DNA of 32,770 bases from Nemertoderma westbladi (Eukaryota; Animalia; Xenacoelomorpha), in NCBI GenBank assembly GCA_032718475.1, contig JAUCBJ010004662.1, positions 1 through 32,770 on the forward strand, written 5' to 3'. The notes beneath the pieces were generated by a model, which worked only from the letters and a program-made list of their open reading frames with translations, was not told where the DNA came from and searched no databases. The position numbers were made by a program, and so were the translations under genes. The stretch's first letter is position 1; each line of letters begins with the position of its first letter. Below, piece after piece: positions 1 through 10,669 of this stretch.

Positions 1-2202
1 GCCACCTTGTGGCATCCGGTAGGGATGACCCTCGAGAACGCCACCAAAGAGTGGAATGAAACTCTTAATATCATTGAGATGTATGGCGTTGTTACTTATG
101 ATAACGAAGGTAGCGTTCCAATCGGAGAATTAGGAACTACGCGCATGATACATATACGCGGATTAGCTGGCTCCACTCACGTGTTTACGCGAGCGTGTTC
201 CGACGTGATCGATTATTCCTTCGAAACTCTCACCGAAACGCAGAAGAATCTCCGACATGGACAATTCGAACTCGCGCAGCGTTACGTCATCGACACCGAA
301 CGCAAACCGGCCATGGGTATCGATGGATCGATGTTACCCCAACCCGTTCTCGAGATGTTATTCAACGAAAGAATCGTTAAAATCGGCTCAGCTGTTTACG
401 GAGATCTCCAAAACGACTTTCGGAATATGGAGAATATCCCCTATCCTTTCGTGGATACTCAGCTGATAGCGCCTTGGGCCGAAGGCCGAGGTTTCTTTCG
501 CACCATGTATGCTAATGTGTCTAGCAACATTACAAAGGTGCAACGAACTTCCATCGGACATCTTGCCTTTCAGGAATACGGGTGGAATTTCAAGGTCGGA
601 AATCCCATCAACTATCAACAAGTATACGGAGACCATTATTCTCGATTATACTTTGACGGACCATTAACCGCACCTGGCGCCGTGTATAGCTTCATGAGTG
701 TTCCACTCCGACCCTCCTTAGCTATCTACACGATCTTCGAAAACACCGCACTTTCCGGTTGGCTAGCCGATGTGTGCAGTCGTACTATACGCGCCCATCC
801 ATTAATCCTTGGGACCAAACTCGCTAAGCTAGATGAACATAATAAATTCATCCGCTTTGAATGTTTCCGACGGTTTTTAACCCCGTTTCGCAACGTGGAT
901 AGCCAATTCAAAGACCGCGCTTTGACCAAGCTCAGCTTAAGAGACTCAGCTGCGGAGAAGTTGGATAGCGCTGGATTCGCTATTTTCCGAGACATTTGTG
1001 TGATAAACCTGCACTCCTCGGTTATCCAAAGACCTCGGATCCCCACCGGTTATTCTGTCGTGGAAATTCAGACGGTAGGTCCACTTGAGGAGACGGCCAT
1101 ACCTACCTCAACTATACAAGGGGAAGACGAACCCATATGTTTAGAATCGGAAGAGATTCAGCCCCCCACGGCTCGGAGTAGTGATAGTGACTATATATTG
1201 GAATGGTATCAAGGTCCACAGTGTCTTACTGCGTATGATTATCGCCATGCCAATTATGTTTCTCGACAACGTTGTCGGCTGTGCGCATCGAGAGACCATA
1301 TTACGTCTATGGACACCAACGATCTTTGTTCCTATTTCCACGAGCAACCGTCGATGGAAATCTATTGTGCATATTGTCGGCTTAATAATTTGCACATTTT
1401 TGCCGTCTGCCCCCAATTTATGACTCAATGCCATCATTGTCAATTAAAAGGACACGCCAGCTTTGATTGTCCCTTTAACCATGATTTAGAGAGCGTAGAT
1501 GAAATGATTGTACTACGTTATATCAGAGCTTGGGAAGCGAACGCTGATTTACATTGTGACTCACGCCATCGCTATTATCCCGGACGCGCCTATGAAGGAG
1601 TTTATGCGTTCCATCCATATTTGTTTGCCTCCGTCGAGCAGAAATCGCGCCTATCAAGTTATGAACTATTGAAGCGCGTTGGAGAATGTATTTCAACCAA
1701 ATATGTGCGTAAATTTCTCAGGAGCATTAATCCGAGTGACATCCAGTCTTACAACTTAATAAACTTTATCCGTCAAGACCCTGCCTATGGAGACTTATTC
1801 GTCAACTCACACCCTGAGTTACAAGAGGTATATCGACGGCCTTACGAGTATCGAGCCCGCGAACGCGAGTTAGAAAGAACCATTAAACCAAGGAAGTTTC
1901 TAACTGCCTATGGTCCACCCACGGCCCTCGTTCAGACCACTCGTAAAGGACCCGTAAGAGCGGCTGTCTTGAAACGAGCTCTCAAAGCCGTTAGACCCCT
2001 CTCCCCGGACGTTGATGTCAATCAACCCGGTACTTCGACCGGCGGATATACCGATCGCAATCCCATACCTTCTGATGCAATCATATTGCACCCTTCACCC
2101 AGGAGTTATAGCCCTCCTAGTAAAGTGGCTCGCCCCAAAGAGAAAAGGACTCTTGCTAGCTTCAAAAAACTGCGTAAACGCCGTCCGCGCAAGAAAGACT
2201 AA
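1..2202 (+). CDS. Accessory ORF of an LTR retrotransposon: DnaQ-like (DEDDy, WRN/EXD-type) 3'-5' exonuclease domain + CCHC zinc knuckles + basic C-terminal tail; frame open to window start (5' incomplete)
   Basis: 731+ codons without stops. ExoI-like VVTYDNEG; WRN-exo-like LEMLFNERIVKIGSAVYGDL and FVDTQLIA; SIGHLAFQEYG; ExoIII-like PLRPSLAIYTIFE. Zn motifs CRLCASRDH, CAYCRLNNLHIFAVC, CHHCQLKGHASFDC (CX2CX4HX4C). Ends KKLRKRRPRKKD; stop lies ~70 bp before the PPT/LTR. Confidence 0.7.
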   Translation, partial: ATLWHPVGMTLENATKEWNETLNIIEMYGVVTYDNEGSVPIGELGTTRMIHIRGLAGSTHVFTRACSDVIDYSFETLTETQKNLRHGQFELAQRYVIDTERKPAMGIDGSMLPQPVLEMLFNERIVKIGSAVYGDLQNDFRNMENIPYPFVDTQLIAPWAEGRGFFRTMYANVSSNITKVQRTSIGHLAFQEYGWNFKVGNPINYQQVYGDHYSRLYFDGPLTAPGAVYSFMSVPLRPSLAIYTIFENTALSGWLADVCSRTIRAHPLILGTKLAKLDEHNKFIRFECFRRFLTPFRNVDSQFKDRALTKLSLRDSAAEKLDSAGFAIFRDICVINLHSSVIQRPRIPTGYSVVEIQTVGPLEETAIPTSTIQGEDEPICLESEEIQPPTARSSDSDYILEWYQGPQCLTAYDYRHANYVSRQRCRLCASRDHITSMDTNDLCSYFHEQPSMEIYCAYCRLNNLHIFAVCPQFMTQCHHCQLKGHASFDCPFNHDLESVDEMIVLRYIRAWEANADLHCDSRHRYYPGRAYEGVYAFHPYLFASVEQKSRLSSYELLKRVGECISTKYVRKFLRSINPSDIQSYNLINFIRQDPAYGDLFVNSHPELQEVYRRPYEYRARERELERTIKPRKFLTAYGPPTALVQTTRKGPVRAAVLKRALKAVRPLSPDVDVNQPGTSTGGYTDRNPIPSDAIILHPSPRSYSPPSKVARPKEKRTLASFKKLRKRRPRKKD

Positions 2203-2272
2203 CTGTTTAGAGTATTTTTGTATTTTAGAAACTGTGATTTTGTATATTTTATAGACTTAAATCCCATTTTCT

Positions 2273-2280
2273 GGGAGCGG
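2273..2280 (+). other. Polypurine tract (plus-strand primer site) of LTR retrotransposon
   Basis: GGGAGCGG abuts the LTR start TGT; the same TTTTCTGGGAGCGG|TGTAAAAGCTTTT junction occurs on the minus strand at ~31622-31596. Confidence 0.7.
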
Positions 2281-3533
2281 TGTAAAAGCTTTTGTGGGAT
2301 AACTGATACGTTTGCCTTTGCTGGCCAGTTCCCCCCCAGGCGCTGGAATACTCTAAAAAAGGTTTTCTAACTGTATATATATTCCCCTCGCCCGCAAGGT
2401 ACCTTTACAGGGGTTTTAACGGACATAAAAGTAATTCTGCTATATACGTGTTTTAGTGGACATGGTAAGACAAAAAACTTGTAATGCACCAACCACCTTT
2501 CACAGCTTAGCCGTGATGATTCATATTACGACATCTAGCAGCTGGTTGCTGACATGGAAACAGCCATTGGCCGCGTGGTTCTTTGTTTGGCTTGGGCCAA
2601 TCAGGGCGGTTTTTCCTGTCGACGTGTAGCTTTTCTGCCGATCATAAGGAGAGTGTTCAGTCTTACTGTTTTTTCTTGATACTTTGTTGTTATTGCTGTC
2701 TAAGCCAGAAACACCGGCATTTTTGGATAGATACTGCTGTACCGTAAACTGCTTGAATTATCGAAAGTATAAACTGTTACCTCATTAACTAACTGACTTA
2801 AATCACTCATCTCACCTTGATACTTTTAATTGCATTAATCATATTGTTTGTACTGTTATTTTACCGTCAGTTATTAATTGTAAATATTTGTTGATGGAAA
2901 TATTGCTATTTGGATAATACGGATAAATCACCCAATTCCCAATTTTCTTGATAACACTACAGGTTAGAGAGACCGGCTATATATGACAATTGCGATTTAT
3001 ATTAATGTGGTGTGTATTGAATCCAATGTTATTTAGCAGACCCTACGTGAGTCAATTACTGCTCTCTTTATGTGTGATCAAATATACTGACTGTCGGCAG
3101 AATAGTGTGTATGATTGTGATTGGTAACAAAGTATTTCCTAAAGAATACGCTTTATACTTTAATCATAAGCAGTATCGTTGCGTTTAGTATAAGTCTTAG
3201 TTCTGTTTAAATAGATAAAGCGCCACGTCCTAAAGGAACTGTTAATATTTCCCGAAAGCCAATAATATCTGTCAGAGATTAATTATTAACGATCTATCGA
3301 ATAATACATTAGGTATACACTGCAACCTTACACTGTAATAATACAATTCAAGCATCCGAATTCAGTCTCCCGGGTGTAGATCCATCGGGTGAATGATCGC
3401 GCATGGGCTGACTTCGGCTAATGTTTTGCGTATTAGCATAAAATATTGTCGTATGCTAAAGTGGTTTTAATTAACTAGAAGACATATAAATTTTGGCGGG
3501 TTAAACTGCTAAAGGTCTTCAAAAGCGCGAACA
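2281..3533 (+). mobile_element. 3' LTR (1253 bp) of an LTR retrotransposon (BEL/Pao or Gypsy; superfamily not determinable without pol)
   Basis: Starts TGTAAAAGCTTT, ends AAAGCGCGAACA (TG...CA with imperfect terminal inverted repeat TGTnnnnGCTTT). Similarity to the inverted copy at 26639-31608 ends at this CA. Internal CCAAT (2597-2601) and GGGCGG (2604-2609). Confidence 0.8.
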
Positions 3534-4698
3534 GCGGTTTACTATTTTACAAATGATAATTACTCTAAAATCTTTTGAATCGAACTAATTAACGATTTTA
3601 CTAATTAGTAAAGTTCCCCAAATTAATTAATAATTTATCCAATCCGGCTGCAATTAATTAAACAGCTGAGTCGTCAGCCTGGTTTGATGAACTTGATGAA
3701 ATCATAAAGTCAGTAGTTGCTGTATGCCATTACTGACTAAAACTATATACCAAACACCTCTGCCGCTGCCGGTAGCTATCTCCACAGTCTGTAGTGAGCA
3801 CCGGTGCAGGTATGGTAGGCCTACATGTATGGCATATATAGTGGAGGTTCTTTTGGCAGATAGGCCTAGTCAAAACGTTACATCAGATGCCGTATTTTAG
3901 TCAAAACGTACCCTATCTTCATATAGTTGAGTATTGTCAATACAGGAATATCCAAGTACTCCTGTACTTAGTATACCCATCTGCCCATGTACAGTAACTG
4001 GCTGACAGTTACCTTTAGTTTGTAGGCTATAGATGATTGACGTTTCTAGCAATGTTCTTAACGTTGGGATTTTACTGGAAGTTATTAATACCATAGTTTA
4101 CCCCAAAAAAACTAAAATTACCCAAATCGCACCAAATCAAAATAAATCTTATAACAGCAACACGGGCTATCTGACGATATGGATTAGATCAATGTAGCGG
4201 ATAGTGACCATTGAAGGGCTTCTTATGCATGCAAAGGAAAATATGATCAGACCCAAATCACACAGTCAGACCTGATCTTTTGCTGATCAAATACCGGTAG
4301 GTGACTTTGCTGATATGCAGTAACATTTTACGGTACAATTTGATGCGAAAATGTTTTGGCCAGTACTCTGAACCTTCCATTGGGGTCCCAGGTCACACGC
4401 CTACCGTGGTCACTGTATCTGGCACCTGATTGGCTATAATATTCAAACGCTGAAAACTTACCTAGGCCTTGACAATTAGTGATAAGATTTTATGCGAATA
4501 TGTTTTGGATGGTGTTCTGAATCTCGCGTTGAGGTCCCAAGTCACCCCCATACCGTGGTCATCAGATACGGCGCCTGATTGGCTAATTCTTTGAACGACG
4601 ATAACTCGAGTTTGCTTCACTTTGGGATGAAGTTTGAAGGCTAGGAATATTCTCTGGATGATGCCCCAACTCACTGATGATGTTTCATAGCTGTGACG

Positions 4699-5195
4699 AT
4701 GAGTTTAACTGGTGCATCGACTCTGCATACGAATTATCGAGCATGGCAATGAGTTTAACCACTGCGTCAACTCAGCGTGCGAATTATCCTCCGTGTCAAT
4801 GAGTTTAACCGCTGCATCGACGCCGCGTACGAATTATCCTCCGTGGAAATGAGTTTAACCGCTGCGTCGATGCCGTGTACGAATTATCCTCCGTGTAAAT
4901 GAGTTTAACCCCTGCGTCGACGCCGCGTACGAATTATCCTCCGTGAAAATGAGTTTAACCACTGCGACGACACCGCGTACAAACTATCCTCCGCGACAAT
5001 GAGTTTAACCGCTGCGACGACGCCGCGTTTGAATTATTGATCGTGGCAATGAGTTTAACCACTGCGACGACGCCGCATACGAATTATTGATCGTGGAAAT
5101 GAGTTTAACCGCTGCGACGACGCCGCGTACGAATTATTGATCGTGGAAATGAGTTTAACCACTGCATCGACTACACGACACGTACAAATTATTGA
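4699..5195. repeat. 50-bp tandem repeat, 10 copies, with palindromic core
   Basis: ATGAGTTTAAC recurs at 4699, 4749 ... 5149 with exact 50-bp period; core GCGTCGACGC (perfect at 4914-4923). Confidence 0.95.
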
Positions 5196-5592
5196 CTGCG
5201 CCTACGAATTTTATTGCTGGGACAACTTTACGAATGAAATATTATCCTCGGCCACTAATGCAATAAATTAATATATAGTAATAATTTTTGCAATTTACGT
5301 AATTTACGTTTTGTAATTTTCAACAAATTTAAATTAAATTTATAGTACTGTAATGTTTTTGTTTTGTAATAATTTATTGTAATAAATGCCAATTAATCTC
5401 AATTTACTTCTTAGTTCAACCTCTTACCTAGATATAACTACTAAAGTTAAATAAGAAACACAATTATGTGCTTATCAACCCCGCGGGATATATGTATTGG
5501 TTTTTTTTATTGGTATTATTGGTATTGTTTACACAAATATTTTTTGGTAATTTTTTATTACCGGTATATATATAATTGTTCATTTAATTTTG

Positions 5593-6115
5593 TGTGTAAA
5601 CGCTACGCCGACAACCACTGCTAACAATGGGAAGTATGAAAATGTATCCTGAGTTCGCGACTCTTGTTTATTGTTTTGGTTAGAATAACCTTCCACTGTA
5701 ACCCGATCCGATTAATTTGTTTTAACAATGGTTGTCGGCGTTGGTTGTCGGTTGTCGGCATTTTTACACCCTTTAATTTTGCAGTTGTATATTAACAATG
5801 GTTGTCGGCGTTGGTTGTCAATTGTCGGCGTTTTTACACCCTTTAATTTTGCAGTTGTGTATATTACAACAGGGCGATATCCATTCATTTTAATTTTTTT
5901 GTTATAAAACAGTTTTAATTAATGCAAAGTAGCAAATGCCACGCTGTTATCCAACAACCACAGCTGAATTTGAAACTGAAACCTGTGCTAATGACTCTCG
6001 TTTATTGTTTTGGTTAAAATGACCTTCCGCTGTAACCTGTTCATTTACACTCATTTATAATTACCATTAATTAGTGCTAATAATGGTTGTTGGTTTTCAG
6101 CCTAGCGTTTACACC
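5593..6115. repeat. Cluster of short MITE-like inverted and direct repeats
   Basis: GTGTAAACGCTA (~5595) is inverted as TAGCGTTTACAC (~6103); CGCCGACAACCA/TGGTTGTCGGCG inverted pair; ~70-bp tandem duplicate at 5722-5862; ~45-bp direct repeat at ~5659 and ~5993. Confidence 0.45.
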
Positions 6116-6806
6116 TTTGTAACGCCCGCATTTGTATTTAAGTAATAGCGATTTCTTGCACGACGCCACTCATTATTTTGTAATTCCAAACAATTTTGTA
6201 TAAAATATCATATACATATACATATTATATATATATATTAGCAGGGTTGGCCTAACGAAACGAAACGAAAGAAATTTCAATTTCGTTTCATGTATATAGT
6301 AATTTACTATCAGTACCGGTATTGCCTTACAGTATTATTGTGGAATGGGCAGCCGGGCACTAAGCTATTGCATTACAATAGTACCGGTACCACCCCCCCC
6401 CCCCCCCCCCATTGTGATGCAAGGCTGCTTGAGAGGTTGTGCGTAACTAGAATTGAAATCCGGAAATTATTTGACAGTTAGTCCTGTATATAGTTTGCTA
6501 AGTTCATTTCACTGGGCCGTGTTATGTTGTAACTGTTGTGTTGGTATAATGACTTTGTAACAAAAATTAATGTTTATAAATGATCGCAAAAACCAACTAT
6601 GTGTTTATTGGATTTGAAAAATTAATTTAATTTAAAACATTAAGGAAAAGGCTACCCTTCCACCCCCCCCCCCCCCCCCCCCCCCTTGCCACAGCTGTAG
6701 TATTGGGTTATCCCGACCGTTCCACCCCCAACCCCAGCCCAGCTATGGTTAAGGGTCACCACCGACCCTTCCAGCCCCAACCAGCCCCCCCTACACCCCC
6801 CCCCCC

Positions 6807-7992
6807 CACAGTGGGGCTGAACCAACTTTTTATAAAAGAAAAATGCCCGGCCAAATTGATTTCATTTCTTGGGGCACTTCAACGCCCTGATTCCAAAAAT
6901 AATATTTTCAAAATCTTTTGCCGGTGTCTTTTTCTTAAAATTACTAAATAAATTAGTAATGCTATTTATAATAATGCTATATATATTATAAAAAAAATGC
7001 CTTTTAAAATGACTTTTAATCAACCTGGTTCCGAATCTGTTAATTTTATAATATTTCGTCAGTGTCTTTTAGAGTAATAATATTCTAAAATAATATTAAA
7101 TTTATTAATATTATATAGCAGAACTGCCTAATACTCAATTGTAGTGAATATCAAATTCTCTTACTCCTATTGCACTGATATTAGTATCATTCGAACCGCA
7201 ATGGTCAATTTAGTGGGTGTTGACATCATTCTCGAGATATCGGTCAAATTGTGAGCACTGGCTTAATCTAAATTACACTAGGTAAGCTAGTTACGGTAAT
7301 GCAATATATCACCATATCACTAAAAATCAGACTTCGACATAAATAACAGACTTAGGGAATATGCTTATTTGAACCGCAATGGTCGAATTAGTAGTTGTAG
7401 ACTCCATCAAAACAATAGTAGTATAAAAAAATTGATATTTTTTGTGATATTGTGATATATTGATAATGAATTGCTGAAGTTATGTGCTCATTTATGTGAA
7501 TCGCGCTCACATTTTGACCGATATCTCGAGAAGCAATAACTCGACCATTGTTTTGATGGTGTCTACCCCCACTAAATCGACCATTGCGGTTTGAATGATA
7601 CTAATATCAATGCAATAGCAGTACGGTAAGTTGACTTCACTACAATTGATTATATTAGCCAGTTTGCTAATATAATATTAATATTATTTAATATTTAATT
7701 TATTTAATTACTCTAAAAGACACCGACGAAATATTATAAAATTAACAGATTCAAAATCAGGTTGATTGAAATTCTCGATAAATGCTATAATTTGGTCTGG
7801 GCATTTTTTATAATATATATAGCATTATTATAAATAGTATTACTAATTTATTTAGTAATTTTAAGAAAAAGACACGAGCAAAAGATTTTAAAAATATCAG
7901 GGTCGGAACCAGGGTGTTGAAGTATACCAAAAAATGAAATCAGTTAGTTTGGGCATTTTTATTTTATAAAACGTTGGTTCAGCCCCACCGTG
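6807..7992. mobile_element. Non-autonomous Transib-like foldback DNA transposon
   Basis: Termini CACAGTGGGGCTGAACCAAC ... GTTGGTTCAGCCCCACCGTG; imperfect inverted arms of ~500 bp (e.g. 7231-7257 vs 7505-7530); flanks CCCCC / CCACC fit a degenerate 5-bp TSD; no ORF. Confidence 0.65.
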
Positions 7993-9586
7993 CCACCCTC
8001 CACCCCATTTTTGTGCAAGGAAACAACACTTATAATGCTCTCTGACATGTCTGGTGTGTTCCAAAAGTCACTGGGATTGAACAATTGTAATTGGAATACA
8101 TCTTCATGGGGTTTTCTTTGTAATTAAGTAGAGCTTTAAAAGTTCAATATTAAATTTTTTATTAAATAATACTTTTTTGTTTTTTTTGTTAATTTGAGTA
8201 TTCTGTATTTGCTGGTATTGTATTTTTGGTGTTTTATTTTGTTATTAATTTTGGTGTTAATTATTTTTTATTAATCCAGGGAACACTCGTATTAACTCAG
8301 GGTCCTCACACGTTAATTCAGGGCCACCCTTGTTAGCTCAGGGTCCACCCTTGTTAATTCAGAACCATCTCTATTACCTCAAAAAAATCGAATGAATTTT
8401 TTTTATATCATAAGGTTTTCTAAGGTGTTGAATTGATTGAAAATGGTTTTAAATAAGTTGCTTGTATATACAATCCGGATCATGGATCCGGAAGTCAGGT
8501 GAGGACCTTCGAATACGTAAGGGAAAGGCATGGGCAGCCTTGAATAGGCTTTCCAGGATTTGGAAGTCACCGAGTCTACCCCCACTAAATCGACCATTGC
8601 GGTTTGAATGATACTAATATCAATGCAATAGCAGTACGGTAAGTTGACTTCACTACAATTGATTATATTAGCCAGTTTGCTAATATAATATTAATATTAT
8701 TTAATATTTAATTTATTTAATTACTCTAAAAGACACCGACGAAATATTATAAAATTAACAGATTCAAAATCAGGTTGAATGAAATTCTCGATAAATGCTA
8801 TAATTTGGTCTGGGCATTTTTTATAATATATATAGCATTATTATAAATAGTATTACTAATTTATTTAGTAATTTTAAGAAAAAGACACGAGCAAAAGATT
8901 TTAAAAATATCAGGGTCGGAACCAGGGTGTTGAAGTATACCAAAAAATGAAATCAGTTAGTTTGGGCATTTTTATTTTATAAAACGTTGGTTCAGCCCCA
9001 CCGTGCCACCCTCCACCCCATTTTTGTGCAAGGAAACAACACTTATAATGCTCTCTGACATGTCTGGTGTGTTCCAAAAGTCACTGGGATTGAACAATTG
9101 TAATTGGAATACATCTTCATGGGGTTTTCTTTGTAATTAAGTAGAGCTTTAAAAGTTCAATATTAAATTTTTTATTAAATAATACTTTTTTGTTTTTTTT
9201 GTTAATTTGAGTATTCTGTATTTGCTGGTATTGTATTTTTGGTGTTTTATTTTGTTATTAATTTTGGTGTTAATTATTTTTTATTAATCCAGGGAACACT
9301 CGTATTAACTCAGGGTCCTCACACGTTAATTCAGGGCCACCCTTGTTAGCTCAGGGTCCACCCTTGTTAATTCAGAACCATCTCTATTACCTCAAAAAAA
9401 TCGAATGAAATTTTTTTATATCATAAGGTTTTCTAAGGTGTTGAATTGATTGAAAATGGTTTTAAATAAGTTGCTTGTATATACAATCCGGATCATGGAT
9501 CCGGAAGTCAGGTGAGGACCTTCGAATACGTAAGGGAAAGGCATGGGCAGCCTTGAATAGGCTTTCCAGGATTTGGAAGTCACCGA
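7561..9586. repeat. 1013-bp tandem segmental duplication (7561-8573 / 8574-9586)
   Basis: GTCTACCCCCACTAAATCG at 7561 and 8574; copies near-identical (I see two substitutions); covers the Transib-like right arm and the first ~100 bp of the LINE. Confidence 0.95.
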
Positions 9587-10082
9587 GAATTAAGCGGAAA
9601 CTTAAGGTCCGGTTATTTAGAGCAGCAGTAGTTCCAGTACTCCTCTATGGGATTCCATGCTGGGCTCTAACTGCTGAGGACACCAAATCTCTGGATGGCA
9701 CATTCACAAGAATGCTACGCCGGGTTCATTGTGTCAAGTTCAATGCACACATCTCCAACCAGACACTATATAACATTGGAGGTGTCTCATTGGTTCCCCC
9801 AAGCTTGACACTAGAACAAAATCGCCTCCGCTTTGCAGGACATTGCTTTCGCCATGAGGACCAGCCAGTGCATAATCTTGTACTTTGGCAGCCTCATGGA
9901 GTGAATAAGCATGGTGGACAGCCCATGACTTTCTTGAGACGCATCTTAAAGGACACTGGCCTTGAAGATGCGGATGATCTTTCAAATGTCATGGGTGATA
10001 GGGAGTTGTGGCGGTGCAATTTTGTCGATAAGCCGGCACAGCATTCTTAAAAATGCAGCTGCAATGCAGCATGCCGATCCTA
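9488..10082 (+). mobile_element. 5'-truncated RTE-clade-like non-LTR retrotransposon (C-terminus of ORF2 after the RT core); its (GTA)n tail continues at 17447-17459
   Basis: ORF 9475-10050: GSWI..EDLRIRKGKAWAALNRLSRIWKS..KLKVRLFRAAVVPVLLYG..W..LDGTFTRMLR..RLRFAGHCFR..DRELWR, typical of the RTE post-RT region. Removing 10083-17448 restores GCCGATCCTAGTAGTAGTA. Confidence 0.85.
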
Positions 10083-10669
10083 CACTGTAAACCCGAAAGA
10101 GACATTTCACCATAAGATAGCTGCGCATCTGTCTGCTATATACTATTTAAAGTAAGATGCACGAAATTTTTATGGTGAAATATGTTTCAGGCATTGTGAA
10201 TAATATAATGTAATATATAAAAGGAATACCACAACATTGTTATGGTGAAATCAAATACAGCGAAATACAGCTGACAGACATACATGGAATATTTGAGGTT
10301 TTTGCCATAAAAAAGTTGTGAAAATAAAATAATACCAATTGTGGTACTCGCATCCATAAAGTATTAGACGACCCCCCCCCCCCCCCCCCCCCCTAACTCA
10401 CAAGTATATCCCATTAACCAGCCGCTCATGAATCATATCCCTCCCTCCCATCCCCTCTCTTGTGTCAAATCCCAAACATGACTAACAAGAACCACTAACC
10501 AGATGACGCACAGGCACTCGGATCCCCCCCCCCCCCCCCCCCCCCGGTCCGTGTCACACCCCAAGTTCTAGATCCCAACTCTTACACGTTGGAGTTGTTT
10601 CTAAATCAAATGATACAAGTTTTAAATTTCTATGAAATATATTTTACTCCATTTATTTTATTACACATG

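Noticed and set aside
2012-2254. Overlapping 80-aa ORF apparently conserved with ORF 31557-31910
   Set aside because: The similarity reflects nucleotide identity in an alternative frame of the real ORF tail; start and stop positions are not shared.
3897-4094. 65-aa minus-strand ORF with a donor-like AGG|GTACGT as a host exon
   Set aside because: No recognisable domain, no partner exons found, and it is on the opposite strand to calpain.
4670-4740. Hammerhead ribozyme (CTGATGA at ~4674)
   Set aside because: No properly placed GAAA core or supporting helices were found.
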